A stretch of 63,812 nt of DNA, counting the filler, from Hausera hauseri (lineage: Eukaryota), in assembly GCA_046269625.1 (NCBI GenBank). It is 11 parts of 11 records of this genome, joined end to end, with 100 filler letters (N's around TTAATTAATTAA, not from the genome) between each part and the next. Parts side by side here need not be neighbours in the genome. Positions count along the whole stretch, not along the records: positions 12,239 to 17,225 come from JBJURY010369927.1; positions 17,326 to 23,737 come from JBJURY010103432.1; positions 23,838 to 28,263 come from JBJURY010588444.1; 8 more parts are not named here. One strand, 5' to 3'. The translations under genes were made by a program, and so were the position numbers. The notes below the pieces were generated by a model. It worked only from the letters and a program-made list of their open reading frames with translations, ran no database searches and was not told where the DNA came from. Positions 12,139 to 24,703 of the stretch are shown here, one piece after another. Each line of letters starts with the position of its first letter. Within the stretch, counting starts at the first letter, position 1.

Positions 12139-12238
12139 NNNNNNNNNNNNNNNNNNNNNNNNNNNNNNNNNNNNNNNNNNNNTTAATTAATTAANNNNNN
12201 NNNNNNNNNNNNNNNNNNNNNNNNNNNNNNNNNNNNNN
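12139..12238. other. Artificial contig linker
   Basis: 44N-TTAATTAATTAA-44N, with stops in all six frames. Confidence 0.99.
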
Positions 12239-12825
12239 AAACAATCAACAGTTGCGATTTCAGGAAATATCTGACATGAAGACAACACATGATTACGTGT
12301 ATACACAGAAACAGACATAATACATTGAAAATAAAAAAAAAACAGTTGAAAACAATAATCGAGACACAGACATTTCACAGAAATAAACAAATGTGTACAC
12401 GCTAAACGGCACAACAAGCAAACTAAAATTTCGTTGTAACGGGAAGAGCAGGGGCGTTCTGCAACGAGTCGGTAGGTTGAACAGCTTACAAGAATCACGT
12501 TACACAATTGGGTTGGGGTTGTGCAGGGTTTTTCAGCACCCAGAAATCTGACGAATATTGCTAGCGGCACTGCATTGTCAGTCAAGGCAATCTTTAGCGG
12601 TTTTGTCAGATGGAGTCGTGTTGTAGTATAGACCACAGAAAATTGGCAAAAATTCCTGAGCAGGCTGGTACCCCTAATCCTGCTCAAGCGCGAGAGGTCT
12701 TTTCTGTCTGAACATAACAGGAGATTCTCTGCACACTGTTCATTTTAAAAATAGCTCTGATTATTGGAGGCGTGACGGTTACACATATTACATCAATAGC
12801 TTATCCTTAGTTACAATATGATAAA

Positions 12826-15800
12826 CTATTCTGTTGATGTAGGAGGCGTGACCCTCACATCTCCAAGAGACAGATCTACTAAAAACTGAACAATGGGCAT
12901 TAGAAAATCCTTGTCCGAGTCCGGCTCACCAGGCAGCCAACTTGTAATATAGAAGGATTTGTTTGTAATATCCGTTCCACGTTTACCTTTTGTTGGCTGT
13001 ACCCTGGTGATTTTCTCCGAGTACTCGGTGACTTTACCGTCCATGTACCAGACATGTTTAAAGGTGCAACCAACCACTTGTGTTGGATCGGCAATAATTC
13101 TCTTTAAGAAATCCATACCCGCATCATCTAAATTTTTGAACATATCAAGTTCATCAACATGCTGACGATGAATAACCGCATTAGTCAGTGTTCTCTCTGA
13201 CTTCTTCCGAGAGGTGTCGTCCTCCTTTTGAGCACGTTCCATCTGACGCCTCTGGATTTCCTCATGCAGATGAACAGTTTTCGCTTCATTAACATCGCGC
13301 ACATCTCTAGCACGCGTAGTGGCGAACGAAATGAGGTTTCGTTGTTCATCTTTGGGGAAAGCTTCCAACCATTCAAGGACTTTGTTAAAGGTGCCTTTTA
13401 CCTTGCCATCAATGAAGCCACATGTGGCGTTAGGTGCTCGCCGCCAGATGGCATCCATGGTGCCCAAAGCCCTTTCTGCCTGCATGTTATTGGCGGGAGC
13501 AGATGCAGTAGCCGCCAGCATTTCGTCGGATGGGTGCGCAAGATCACCATGGATTTGAGATTTCAGCTGATTACTTAGGACGTGGTGGATTGAAGTGGCT
13601 AACGCTTTAACAGTTGCTAACAACTGTTCCTCTAGCTCTGGCTGCACATTTCTAAGGGCCCGCACATCGTCGGACAGGTTTATAGGCGCTCCAAAAGCAT
13701 CCCCTGTACCATGTAAAATTATGGCCGCCTCGTGCTGCAGTTTGCTCACATACTCCAGGCCTCTTCTAATAAAGTCATTTAACTGAAGGTTGGATTTTTT
13801 CTCCGGATTTGCATAGAAAACACCCAGCCATGGCTCAGTCAGCACAATAGCAAACAGCCCAAGAGCTTGGAGCTGGACTTGTACAAGCTCTTGCTGTAAC
13901 CCGTCCCTGATGGGTTTCTTGAGCTTCGAATGAATGCCCGTTTTCAGGTATTCCATAAGATGTTCTCTATACAGGAAAATGGTGGCCGCGTTGTGAAACA
14001 AGGTATTAATCCTGTTTCCAACAACTTTTGGGAATAGTCCCATTTTGAGTTTTTTTTGCCTCAAAAAGTTCATAAACCCAAGTGGGTCACCTGTTTCCTT
14101 GTACCGCAGCTTCGATATTTTGTAAATAAGGTCAGCTGCGATACATTCTGTACCGGATAAATTTGGGCGCTGGAGGTTCCACTCATGATCAAGTTTGGTG
14201 AGGGTACTTTTAGCAGCACGAGCCACGCCATCTAGAGGATGTACTAAACAGTTCAGCTCAATTACATGCATGTCCAACTGTTCTCGCAGTTTTTCAACCA
14301 CACAGTGGTTTACAGGGGCTTTATCGGACATGGTACTCTTGATCTTATCCACAATTATTGTTCGAACGTCATCTACTGCCAGTTGAAAGGCATCTGAATA
14401 AATGCGGATAACATCGAGCAGAGCTTTAGAAATGTGCGCGTAATAGTCGGCAGTAGTTCCGCCGGGCAGCACATCTATACTAATTATAAACCTGTCAGAC
14501 TCTGTTTCGATGTGCACCTCATTAACATGGGAGCCTTTAAGAGTTGTTGCATCCCATGCTAATGTAGCCACTCCTGCCGTCCTATGTAATTCATAACCTA
14601 CTTTGATATCCGACAGAACGCCCAGTTCGTAGGACATATGGGAAACTATAGATTTGGTGGGAAATGCAGACAATTGTTTGTGAAACAAACACTCACCAAC
14701 ATATTTTATTACATCACAACAATTGGTAACGCTCACGTGACAAACTAAACATTTATATATACATTTCCTGAAATCACATCCGTAAGTCTTACCATTATCT
14801 TTCACTTCAATCGAACTAGCATTCATCTCATTCACCATCTCTTTCAAACTTTCAATTTTATTTTCCATCCAACTTGCACTCATACTTTCTCCTTTCTTCA
14901 ATTCATTCATTTCTGCTTCAAATTGTTTAGTCAGCTCTTGTGATTTCTTCCTCGCATCTGCTCTGAATTTTTTTTGTTTCTTTTGTAACTTTTGGATGCT
15001 TCTCTTTTTTTTTCTAATTGTTTATTTAAATTTTCTGATGTCATTTTAAGGTTCGAAATCTCTTGATTTTGTAGCCCAATGCAATTTTTTAATTCTGAGA
15101 TTATTTGTTTTAGTACCTGTACTTCGCTTTGTTTTACTTTGGCTGTTTGGTACATATCTTTCCATTTGTGTGCACTGTTTGATTTTGTTCTTATTATTTG
15201 TTGTTGACGCCTGCGCTCCACTGTATATATGTTTTCATTGAACAACCTCTTCTGTTCTCGCAACTTTTTTCGTAAAATTTCATTATTTTGTTTAACAGCC
15301 ATTATAGTTTTTAAATGTGACACACATTTTTCGCAGTTACGCCTCAGCTTCTTGGATGTTGTTGCCTCAAATAAAGTACTCAGCGGCTGTGGGGGAAGGG
15401 AAGCAGTGAATTGCGCAAAAGGAATTAAAAAATGGTCTGGCAGCAACTTCATAAGTGAAGGCCACTCACTACTTAAATTTTTTTTTTTCCGCCAGAAAAT
15501 CTTGAAAACGCCTAATAGCTGCCCCTAAGGCATGTACATTTATACAGCGATCCTTTTCGGTGGTTTCCACAACAGCTATAACTTGCTTCTGCACTTCACT
15601 TATGCTGTTGCCACCAGACAGCAACCTAGCTACATAACCATTTTTTACAGGGTAATCATTATTAAAAACATTTAAATACATGTCCAGATCGGCAACAGTT
15701 TTAGTCATCAAATGCTTTCCAGATCCTTCCTCCGCACAGCGATCTTCCTTTCTCGTCTTTCTTAGCGTCATCGGCCCTGAAGGTGGACGCGTTGAGGGAG

Positions 15801-16137
15801 ATTCAGATGCTGTGGGAGTTAAAACTGGCTGTTCAAACACAGAAAGATCGTAAACCTCATTGAACAAATTCGACAGCAAAGCCCACTTGGTTGTTAAATT
15901 GGGTCTGTACTTTTTCAGCTTGTCATGAAAACGTTCAATTGATCTTTGTAATGCAGTCTCATTAATGGACAGTGTATCATCTGTAGAAGCAACAATGGAT
16001 ACTATTTGCTCAAGCACTTCGCTTGCTTTAAAACCTTCAAAAAGCAGTCGGGCGACAAATCCCTTTTTAATAGGGTAGTCTGCAGAAAATGATGTTAAAT
16101 AATGTCTTAGGTCTGAGACTGTCTTTCTGGCTGCCAT
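12826..16137 (-). mobile_element. DDE transposase of about 1100 aa (hAT-superfamily-like, possibly hATw type), split into three ORFs by frameshifts
   Basis: LAWDATT (D1), TMSDKAPVN (D2), NCLVHPLD (CxxH), GNR, NNMQAERALG (E); breaks lie near A-runs at about 15480 and 14930-15010. Confidence 0.75.
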
Positions 16138-16258
16138 GTCAGATTACAGATTGCCTGTAGATGTAAATATATATACACACATATATACACCTATTAGTAT
16201 CGTGTTACAATAAATTAAACATGCACACACTGTAACAAATTAAGGCCGAGATAGAGGT

Positions 16259-16440
16259 CTGTGGAGTTGCGATCCATAGCCGGCCCTGTTACATAATGCC
16301 AGGGCTGACGAATCAGTCAGCCAAGATCCTCGACCGACGTTCCTGCCCCCAGGCAATGGTAGGTGAACCTGCCCGCAGAAGTTTGGGATGGTCCCCAACT
16401 GAGTGGCGCATGATTTCTAGGAGGCCGACCATTGCACTAA
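16259..16440 (+). ncRNA. Conserved multi-hairpin element, copy A (homologous to 57928-58125)
   Basis: Shared blocks CCATAGCCG.CCCTG, GGCTGACGAATC..AGTCAGCCAAGAT, GGTAGG....CCTGCC, CTGAGTGG, GGAGGCC...CATTGCACTAA. Confidence 0.6.
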
Positions 16441-16640
16441 GTAGTAAAGTAAAGTCCATTGTGCACGCCTAAGAAGACGTATAGGCAAATGTGGAGTTAG
16501 TGTCCACATAATTTCCTAGGCATCGGCACGTAATTGGGTTATGTTGTCAGCATAAAGCCAGGCCGCCTTTTCAGAGAATGTCTCCGGTACCCATTTTTTA
16601 GGCTCGCTGGGCGCCTGGAGCCGTTTGCACTACCGTCAGA
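16441..16640 (-). mobile_element. SINE-like remnant with Nin/Deu-type core
   Basis: Minus strand contains CCCAGC...AAATGGGTACC core motif and ends in a short CTTTA-type tail. Confidence 0.5.
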
Positions 16641-17225
16641 GACACCTTGATCCACCTCCTTAACACCGCTGGGACACCAGGAAAGCTCAGCTACCCACCT
16701 CCAATTTCATTCTCAGGCCCAGAGCCTATGCTGGTCGGTGGGGCACATTAAATGACCTCCAAACGACCCTTCTTCATTTCTCTGTGTGCTGTGATGCGCT
16801 GAACGTATAGGTTTTCCAGAACGGGTTAGACAGTTTCAGCTACTATTTTACGTCACATGTCAAAGGCGTCATTGAAAATAATATAAATGATAACTACAAT
16901 TGATGCAAATATGAAACTTGCTGCTAATTTTGCGCTATAATTGTAACAATGCAGGAAACACCCCGCCAGTGAAAAAATATTCACTGCATTGACCATTTAT
17001 GATGAGTGTCTAAAATTAGAACGGGTAACGGGTCAAGGTCGTCAAACACGACATGGTCTTTTAAAAATGCAATATTATGAGTTGGAAATCATCAACGTCG
17101 TAGAAAATGGTACACACAGTACGAAAATGGATGCTAATAATTTGTATCAATTCAATTCATTAAGGACTAGCTGCGGTCTGCTATTATAATCAGAAAACTG
17201 TCGGGTATCTTATGACCACAAACAG

Positions 17226-17325
17226 NNNNNNNNNNNNNNNNNNNNNNNNNNNNNNNNNNNNNNNNNNNNTTAATTAATTAANNNNNNNNNNNNNNNNNNN
17301 NNNNNNNNNNNNNNNNNNNNNNNNN
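17226..17325. other. Artificial contig linker
   Basis: 44N-TTAATTAATTAA-44N. Confidence 0.99.
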
Positions 17326-17367
17326 ACTCGTAAGTTAATTAAGCATAACTTAATAGACGTTGAAAAC

Positions 17368-18380
17368 ATGGTTGAGAATCAAGCAGTAGCCCAGAGGCTA
17401 GATATTTTTACATTTGATTCTCTGAATCTACGGGCATACGACGGAGACCCGGATGGACTTAATGAATTTCTGAAAACCATTAAGCTGTACGCAGAAAGTG
17501 CTGGACTCGCATCTAATGTAACGATTAAACGTTTGTCGTTATATTTGAAGAATTTGGCCTCTGATGCCTACAGTGAACTCACCGATGATGAGAAGAAATC
17601 TTGGTCCTCCCTGGTAGGAGCCTTAAACCGAAAATTATTACCGACTAACTCCACAACAAAAACTCATGGCTTTTCAGAATGGAATGCAACAAAAGGGTGA
17701 ATCAATAACCCATTTTGCATGTGCCTTAAAGAAACTGGCAAAACAGTTATGTGAGTACCTTAAGAATAGCAAATATAGCCAAAGCTAAAAAACAAAACAG
17801 AACGTGAAGCCGCAGAGAAGGCAAACCCTCCCGATTTAGATGTATTTGGTCTAGAGACATAATAAAGCAGTTGATTTTAGCACATCCAGAGAACTTTGAC
17901 AGAACATTGCAATTAGCTCAAGGCTTAGAAATGGCACTGGACAGGTATGCCAGAAATAATGACACAAACGATAGAAACAATGATTGAAATAATCGTAATA
18001 ATAAAAATCATAATGATAGGCGATTTATAGAAACTATGGAAATAGAAATCAGAGCGGTAACAATGATTATAGAAGTAATCGGTATGGTAAACGAAATTTT
18101 GACAACGACCGAAATAGTCCATCTAGCAAATCAAACTATAGTACGGATAGGCGCTCAGGTGGCCTCAGAAATGTTAACAATGGGAACCGGCATAATGATA
18201 ATCAAAGCAACGATAACCTCAAAATGGGGACACTAGACAAGTCTCGTCGAGTTATAACAGAAATTCAAGTAGATCGAAGTATCCGGTAAATGAAGACGCT
18301 GACAAAGGGTCGGTAGTAACGGTAACCTAATTTGTTACACATATGGACAAGAAGGACACGTAGCGATGTCCTGTTCAAAC
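17368..18380 (+). pseudogene. gag: Gag with Asn/Arg-rich linker and degenerate zinc knuckle
   Basis: YDGDPDGLNEFLKTI...LYLKNLASDAY...SWSSLVGALNRK; CYTYGQEGHVAMSC at about 18330-18375. Confidence 0.8.
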
Positions 18381-21300
18381 TCACTAAGTGTTTCGTTTGT
18401 GGAACCTAGCAAAACTAATATGATTAAGAATGAAAACTTAGAAGCAATTTATGACATCCGTAAAGACACGGGTATGATTATTGAGATACAAGATTTTCGA
18501 CGTTTTTTGAAGACTCAGCCTGATACTAATAATCCAAAAGTTGTGATGGTCAGGAATGAGTATGAGCACAAGTTACGATTGCTAGAAGTGTATCATGGCC
18601 TTAAAGGCCAGAAACTGAATACGAACGTTCAATTGCGCCACCAACGCTTGCTGACATGGTTTGTTGATTATAAGTCGTAGAAAAAGAAATCCAACAATAG
18701 TAACAATTTTTTGTATTTTGTTTCAAATTCCAAAAAAAACTACCAATACTGTAATTTAATCAATTCTTGTACCATGTCTATCATGTAATAAATAATATCA
18801 CAAAGATATCTATATTTTACACTAGCTTTTAGTAGAGAAGTGACGTAGATTTAAATGTGAGCCGAACTGAACTGTCTGTTAAAAAGGAACATTGTAGATG
18901 TGCGAAGCGATGTAACCATTTATTGAAACGACGTTGTAAATAGAATGATGGAAAGTTTATATGGTTTTGGAGCAGTTTGATGATTCAACAAATGATAGTC
19001 CTTCAACGTTTGATTTCATAGACGATTTGATAAACGATTTGAAAAATGATCCTGAACGAGTCACGTGTGGGAGAGATTGCAATTTCCACTGAATGAGAGA
19101 AATTGGATATGTTTTCGGAAACTGGAGATTGACGACCAGTATTCTAGTGAGAAAACGAGCTGCTTCCGCGACCGTGACAGCACACACATGGCACGTAAAA
19201 AGAATTTTCCTGCGACTTATAAAGAAGCATAGAAAGCAGAAAAATTTGAAACCTCAAATAAAGTAGACTTGGACGCGGAACCCGAATATATGGTAAAAAA
19301 AGTAAACAAAAACTATAGAAATTGACGAAGAAAAAGAATTTATGGAATCGCTAATACTAAAAATTACCAAGAATAGAGGCCGCAGCCCATCATTAAAGCG
19401 GAAACGTAAGGATTGTTTGCGATCTCCGATGACTAAGGAAAAGTCAGACGGAGCAAAAAAAACTGAAATCGCTCTAGGAAGTTATGCAGAGTTCATTTTG
19501 AGCACCCAGGAAACTAGTGTAACTACGCCTGTCGAAGTAGAAGAATTAGCAAAATCTGGAAATGAAATAAATGATATATGTCCATTGCCTACTATTGAAG
19601 AAGAGACAGAAGAAGCTGAGAAATTCGATCATAAATAGTGGAAAATCAGACGTTCTGGGAAATTTACTGATGAATTAAAGCGAATAAGGATTAATTGCCT
19701 CAACCCAGACGTATTGCAACAGAATCTGGAGAAACTTAAAGAAATGAGCAAACAAATGGATATTTCCGGTAAAGAACAACAGTTTATAGAAAGGCTATAA
19801 AGAAAAATGAAGTTATGTAGTGAAGGGAAGTTAAGCGAAGCAATCGACCTGGACCAGCCGGAAGAAGTGTCAACAGAAACATTGGTAAAATGGGAACATG
19901 AATTAGAAACGTAGATAAAAGTGGAGTAAGACTCCCAGCGGCATGGGACAAAACTACCCAGGGCGTTGAAGCAAAATCAACCAAGCCCAGTCGTTGGTTG
20001 CCACATTAGAAGCTAATCCGAAATTAAAAAGTGTAACACATAACTTAGAGCGCATCATGAGTAAAATTAAATTTAAAATAGTTGAGCGACTCAAAGAGAA
20101 ATCGGTCAAGGAACAAAACGAAATTGATCTAAAAATATTAGGCATAGATTCCGTAGATATTCCGTCCTTAATGCAAATGATAAAAATTGCTTCCACCGCT
20201 TCTACAAGCCTGGAGAATCCCATTAAGATTGAAACCGAAAAAAGATCGCAAATATGCAGTCTGAGGAATAGAATTATGCAAACAAACAGTGATGAAACAC
20301 AGAAAATAATTACAGCCTGTATCCTCGAATTTGATGAGTATAAGGATAAATTCAACTGCGCATATCAGATCATTGGCTTTATTAAAGGCCCGGATGATGA
20401 ATTAGAAAATGCTCGCAAAATGTTAGAAAAAGCAATACTGGTAAAGCCAAATATCGATAATCAATTAAGTGAATGGTCCAAAGTCATAACACGACTAAGT
20501 AAACTAGTGCAGAGCCACATAAAAGAATTTCCAGAAAGCGAGCATACAGTGAGAAAACAATTAAAACAGAATCTCAGAAATCTTGACACAATGAAAGCGG
20601 AAATAGATATCAGGACCCAATTCGACGCATTACGCCGGCTAAACTTTATAAACGAAAAATAAAAAATAACGATACCAGTGGACATATATAAGATGATTAA
20701 AGAAACGAACTTTACAAAAAAGCGGAACATGACTTGCAACTCTTACTCGAGATTGAGAAATGTCCGTTTAGAAGGAATCCAACATTTGACAGCCGAACCT
20801 ATCGAGATCTCAATTCGTGATCTCAGAACCTTGGACCTTTGCCCGGAACATCGGTCAAATGTAGAAGAAACAATGAAATTCTTGCACAACCCACAAGAAT
20901 GGATGATAGGAACGGATAAAATATGTCATACCGAACTGATAAAAATAAGAAACGACCACCACCTCAGCTTCGAAGAAGCCAAGTTTGTGAAGAAATGCTA
21001 TAGACCCGGACTCAAAATTATCAACGATCTGTACGAGTTAGCGCTACTAATGGTGGAAATGGCAGAAATCAGTGATGAGAAAATAAGGTAATTGCTACCC
21101 CAAATACGGCAAGTCGAAGAAACTTGCTTTATGACCGAACAAAGCGAGGTAAGATTAGACGAAGTGACTAAGGAGCTTAAAGTTTATTAAAATAAGTATG
21201 CTCTTACAGAAGTAGAGAAGGCCGATAAGTCACTTTTCGTGCAGAGCTAACTAAGTATCAAGAAAAAGGATCGATTTCAGCCGAATAATTATGCTAGTTG

Positions 21301-21756
21301 CTAAAAGTATTACGCCAAACTTCCGGAAATGGACGATGTTCACGAACCACTCAAATGATTATAATGCAACAAAAACTGCGCGAAATGAGAGAATCATTTA
21401 AAGACGTAAACGAGGCACAACCACTAGAGATGCTGGAAATTGATTTCGGACTGCCCGAAAATAAAAGTGAATGGGATGCGTATCTAAATGCAGTAGTCGC
21501 CGAGAATCCTAAAACCTTCGTACATTTGTACGAAACGGAGACTTGTGCACCGGATCAGAGATTCAGTGTGGGAATGCTGCTAGACTCAGCACAAACGTAA
21601 AAAGATTTAATTAAGTTAATTAAAGTAAACCTTACCGAAAATCCGCTAAGATAGTTAGTTCCCACCCTAACCAAACTATGAAGCGAAGGTGCGATTTACG
21701 ATGCTGTGCCAAAACTTTTAATAAAAGAGTACGCTAAAATCTTAAAAACAAAGCCA

Positions 21757-21990
21757 GAAGAGACGATTAAAATAAGAATAACGTCCGACGGGATGGACGA
21801 TAAGGAACACGAGTTCACTACGAGTTCTCTTGTGAGAGATGTAGTACTATGGTTAAGGAGTAATGGTTATGCGAATGAACCGAACTGTAGACTCTATTTT
21901 AGAGGAAGAATATTAGATGAATTGGAGAGATTAATAGACGTTGGAATCAATTTATGTGAAACCAACCGGATGGTAGTAACGGTCGCTACG
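21757..21990 (+). pseudogene. Ubiquitin-like domain
   Basis: ETIKIRIT...VRDVV...CRLYFRGRILDELERLIDVGI resembles ubiquitin [21 protein letters not shown]. Confidence 0.65.
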
Positions 21991-22752
21991 ACCGAAACCA
22001 AAGAGGAAACTACAAGAAGGGCTAAAATGTATCACTGTGTAGGACGAATAGTAGGAGTTCAAGATGCAGCGATGTACTTCGAGTATTTGCAAACGGACGA
22101 AGACAAAGAACAATATGATAAGAATTTAGTACCACTCAGTGAGCGCGTTGGTCGTAGCGAAACCGAAGCCTTCCGTCGGTAGACGGCGAAAATCCAAGAA
22201 GAAATTAATCATAGCGGAGACTTAATTACAGGATTGAGGAAAATGTCCATATCGAACTTCAGTGCAGATAACGAAGAGCTGAATGAACTCATGAAAAATT
22301 TGATACGCATAGTAAATCACTCTAGTCTCTGTGGTGATATATTAGACGAGAAAGAGAAATCTATATTCAATGCAGCCAGGATCATGAAAAATTTCCGTTG
22401 TAAATACTCGAAAGGAACCTTAAGCGATGAAATGGTGATCGAGAAAATTATGGTAGAGAACACTATAGAGGAAATGAGAAAAGTATTGCTATATTTGGTC
22501 ATTAAAACAAATCCGACCCGAGGAAGCGAAACTGACAAAGCCACTGGTCTAGCGCAGAAGACCGCCAGGAAACTACCCCAAGAAATAGACTGGTCTAAAC
22601 TTTTTGAAAAGGAAGAGGAACATCGAAATAGAGCTTTCCCTAACCGACTTGAAGACATGATACGAAACTTAACCGGAAATAATCGAGTAAATGACTCAAA
22701 CTGGTTAATCAAATTTGTAACCGTAATGATGTTGATAAGACAATTGGGAGCA

Positions 22753-23737
22753 GTTACAATATATGACTGCGACAAATTCACGTTTGGCCAAAAATATTCA
22801 TTGATTGATTTAGAAATGTGCGAATACGCGAGACCACAAAAACTGAAGACAAAAGTGAAGAATTATGTGCTGTATCAACAACGCGAATTAATCGCACTGT
22901 AACGGTGCAGAATACGATACTGTAAAAGGGTTAGAGTCGAACGTAGTGGTTGCGCATTTCTACAAAACCGAAATGCGCCCACGAAAAGTGATGTTTCATA
23001 GTGTTACTAAACTCTACACGGAAAACCAGAAGTGTCACATCCAGAGCGGCACTTGTTCCAACCAAAACTGGTTGCAATTTTATTAGAATTAAAGAACTTA
23101 AGTTTAATGAAACGACAGGGAAACTTTATATAGGTAGAGGATATAGCCGAACAACCTATACCTACCATATTAATCTCCGATGCTCATAAATTAAAGTTTG
23201 TTAAGAAAGATATACTCACAAGATGTGATGTAATAATGTATACCACTAACTATGAAGCGTTCTTTGTAGCTGAGTCTGAGATAGATGCCAAGACGTTCCA
23301 GCTGAAGACTCAAGGTATTCGAATTGAGGATTATTTGAAGAACAGGGACGATTACTTCTACTATAAAGGACAGGCTGGAATAGCTGAATTATTATACAAG
23401 ATGAAAACGAATGACTGCAAGTTAGACTTAGAAGTCATAAGAACCAAATTGGCCTTAATTTATGCCAATCCCGAACTGGCATCACCAATAATTTTAATGA
23501 AAGAAGACGTTTTTTGCCGGGTGACCGGAGAAGTTTTACTGACCTAGGAATGTGAGAAAAGGGATGTACCCATTAATGTGGAAAAGAAGAGGTGTATACA
23601 AGAGCTTCCAGTGATATATTAAGACGTACCAATATTAGTAACACCAATTACTAAAGTATTGTTGGCAAATTCTACTCAACCTACAATTTTGTGAGACTGC
23701 AAGACCAGTCTAGGCGAACCAATGTTCCAACGGAGCG
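22753..23737 (+). pseudogene. env: Chuvirus-like glycoprotein (N-terminal part, decayed, cut by the contig end)
   Basis: Signal LIKFVTVMMLIRQLGA then VTIYDCDKFTFGQKYSLIDLEMC; LALIYANPELASP...CRVTGEVLLT*ECE...CIQELPVIY...VTPITKVLL. Confidence 0.8.
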
Positions 23738-23837
23738 NNNNNNNNNNNNNNNNNNNNNNNNNNNNNNNNNNNNNNNNNNNNTTAATTAATTAANNNNNNN
23801 NNNNNNNNNNNNNNNNNNNNNNNNNNNNNNNNNNNNN
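23738..23837. other. Artificial contig linker
   Basis: 44N-TTAATTAATTAA-44N. Confidence 0.99.
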
Positions 23838-24703
23838 ATATTAATCAATAACTAATCAATAAATTTAAATTCTAACTGCACATTCATATACTACATCATG
23901 TTTGCTTCCGATTGAACCCGATCACGGATTCTAATCATCCATATTGGATTTATCGGAAATTCGATATTATTGATTTTTTCACACTTCCGCACATGTTTTT
24001 GCACTGCACACCACCCACCAAGGTGCATCTCAATGTGCTCTATCTAACTGCACTTGACCCAGATCAATTCCATCAATCCTACGCTGCACAATGGCAAAAG
24101 TGTGTAAAGTGAAAAAGTGCTCCTGCACATCGATCAATAATCACAGCACACTAGAATTGTACACTATTCGATACTACATCAAGTACTGCACCTGTCTGTA
24201 CATGTGCCATTTTGATATCATTGAGTTAAAATTTACAGCGAAAAGGCCTATGGCGGTTCTGCCCCACTTGCGAATTATTCGAAGTCCAATCAATCGATTT
24301 AAATTCTAACTGCACATTCATATACAACATCAAGTGCACTACCGATTGCACTCGGCCCCGAGTGCTAATGATCGATTTTTAAAATCTCAAAAATCCAATA
24401 TTATTGATTTTTCACACTTGCACATGTGCTGCACACTTGCGCTGTGCACCAGTCGATGCACTTCGATGTATTCTATCGATTAGCACTTTGTCCCGATCGA
24501 TTCGATCAATAGTGCACTGTGCAGCGATCGATATGTGCAAAGTGCAAAAGTGCCCTTAGCAACTGTGTCTAGCGGCACCGTTGCTAGGCACGTTATGGAT
24601 CGATAGAGCACAATGTGCACTATCGATCGACATATGTGCAAAATCAACTTATCGATTACCCCACCCCGGGATGGTGGGCCAGAACCTCCATTTTCCCCGT
24701 ACT
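23838..24703 (-). mobile_element. Polinton/Maverick terminal region starting AGTA, abutting a truncated pPolB
   Basis: Minus strand AGTACGGGGAAAATGGAGGTTCTGG...GGGTAATCGATAA aligns with 48770 onward; internal direct repeat of about 430 bp. Confidence 0.7.

Larger units (their letters stand above)
17326..23737 (+). mobile_element. 5' half of a second, divergent LTR retroelement: gag - about 3.4 kb unknown - UBL - signal - chuvirus-like glycoprotein
   Basis: Gag motifs at the start; UBL and glycoprotein segments align by eye to contig 1. Confidence 0.85.

Noticed and set aside
12540-12620. Terminal inverted repeats for the transposase
   Set aside because: Only weak partial matches to the 16940-16995 region; no convincing TIR pair or TSD
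12187-12687. ORFs running into N blocks, and the many short antisense ORFs over real genes
   Set aside because: Artefacts of the linkers or shadow frames with no recognisable motifs
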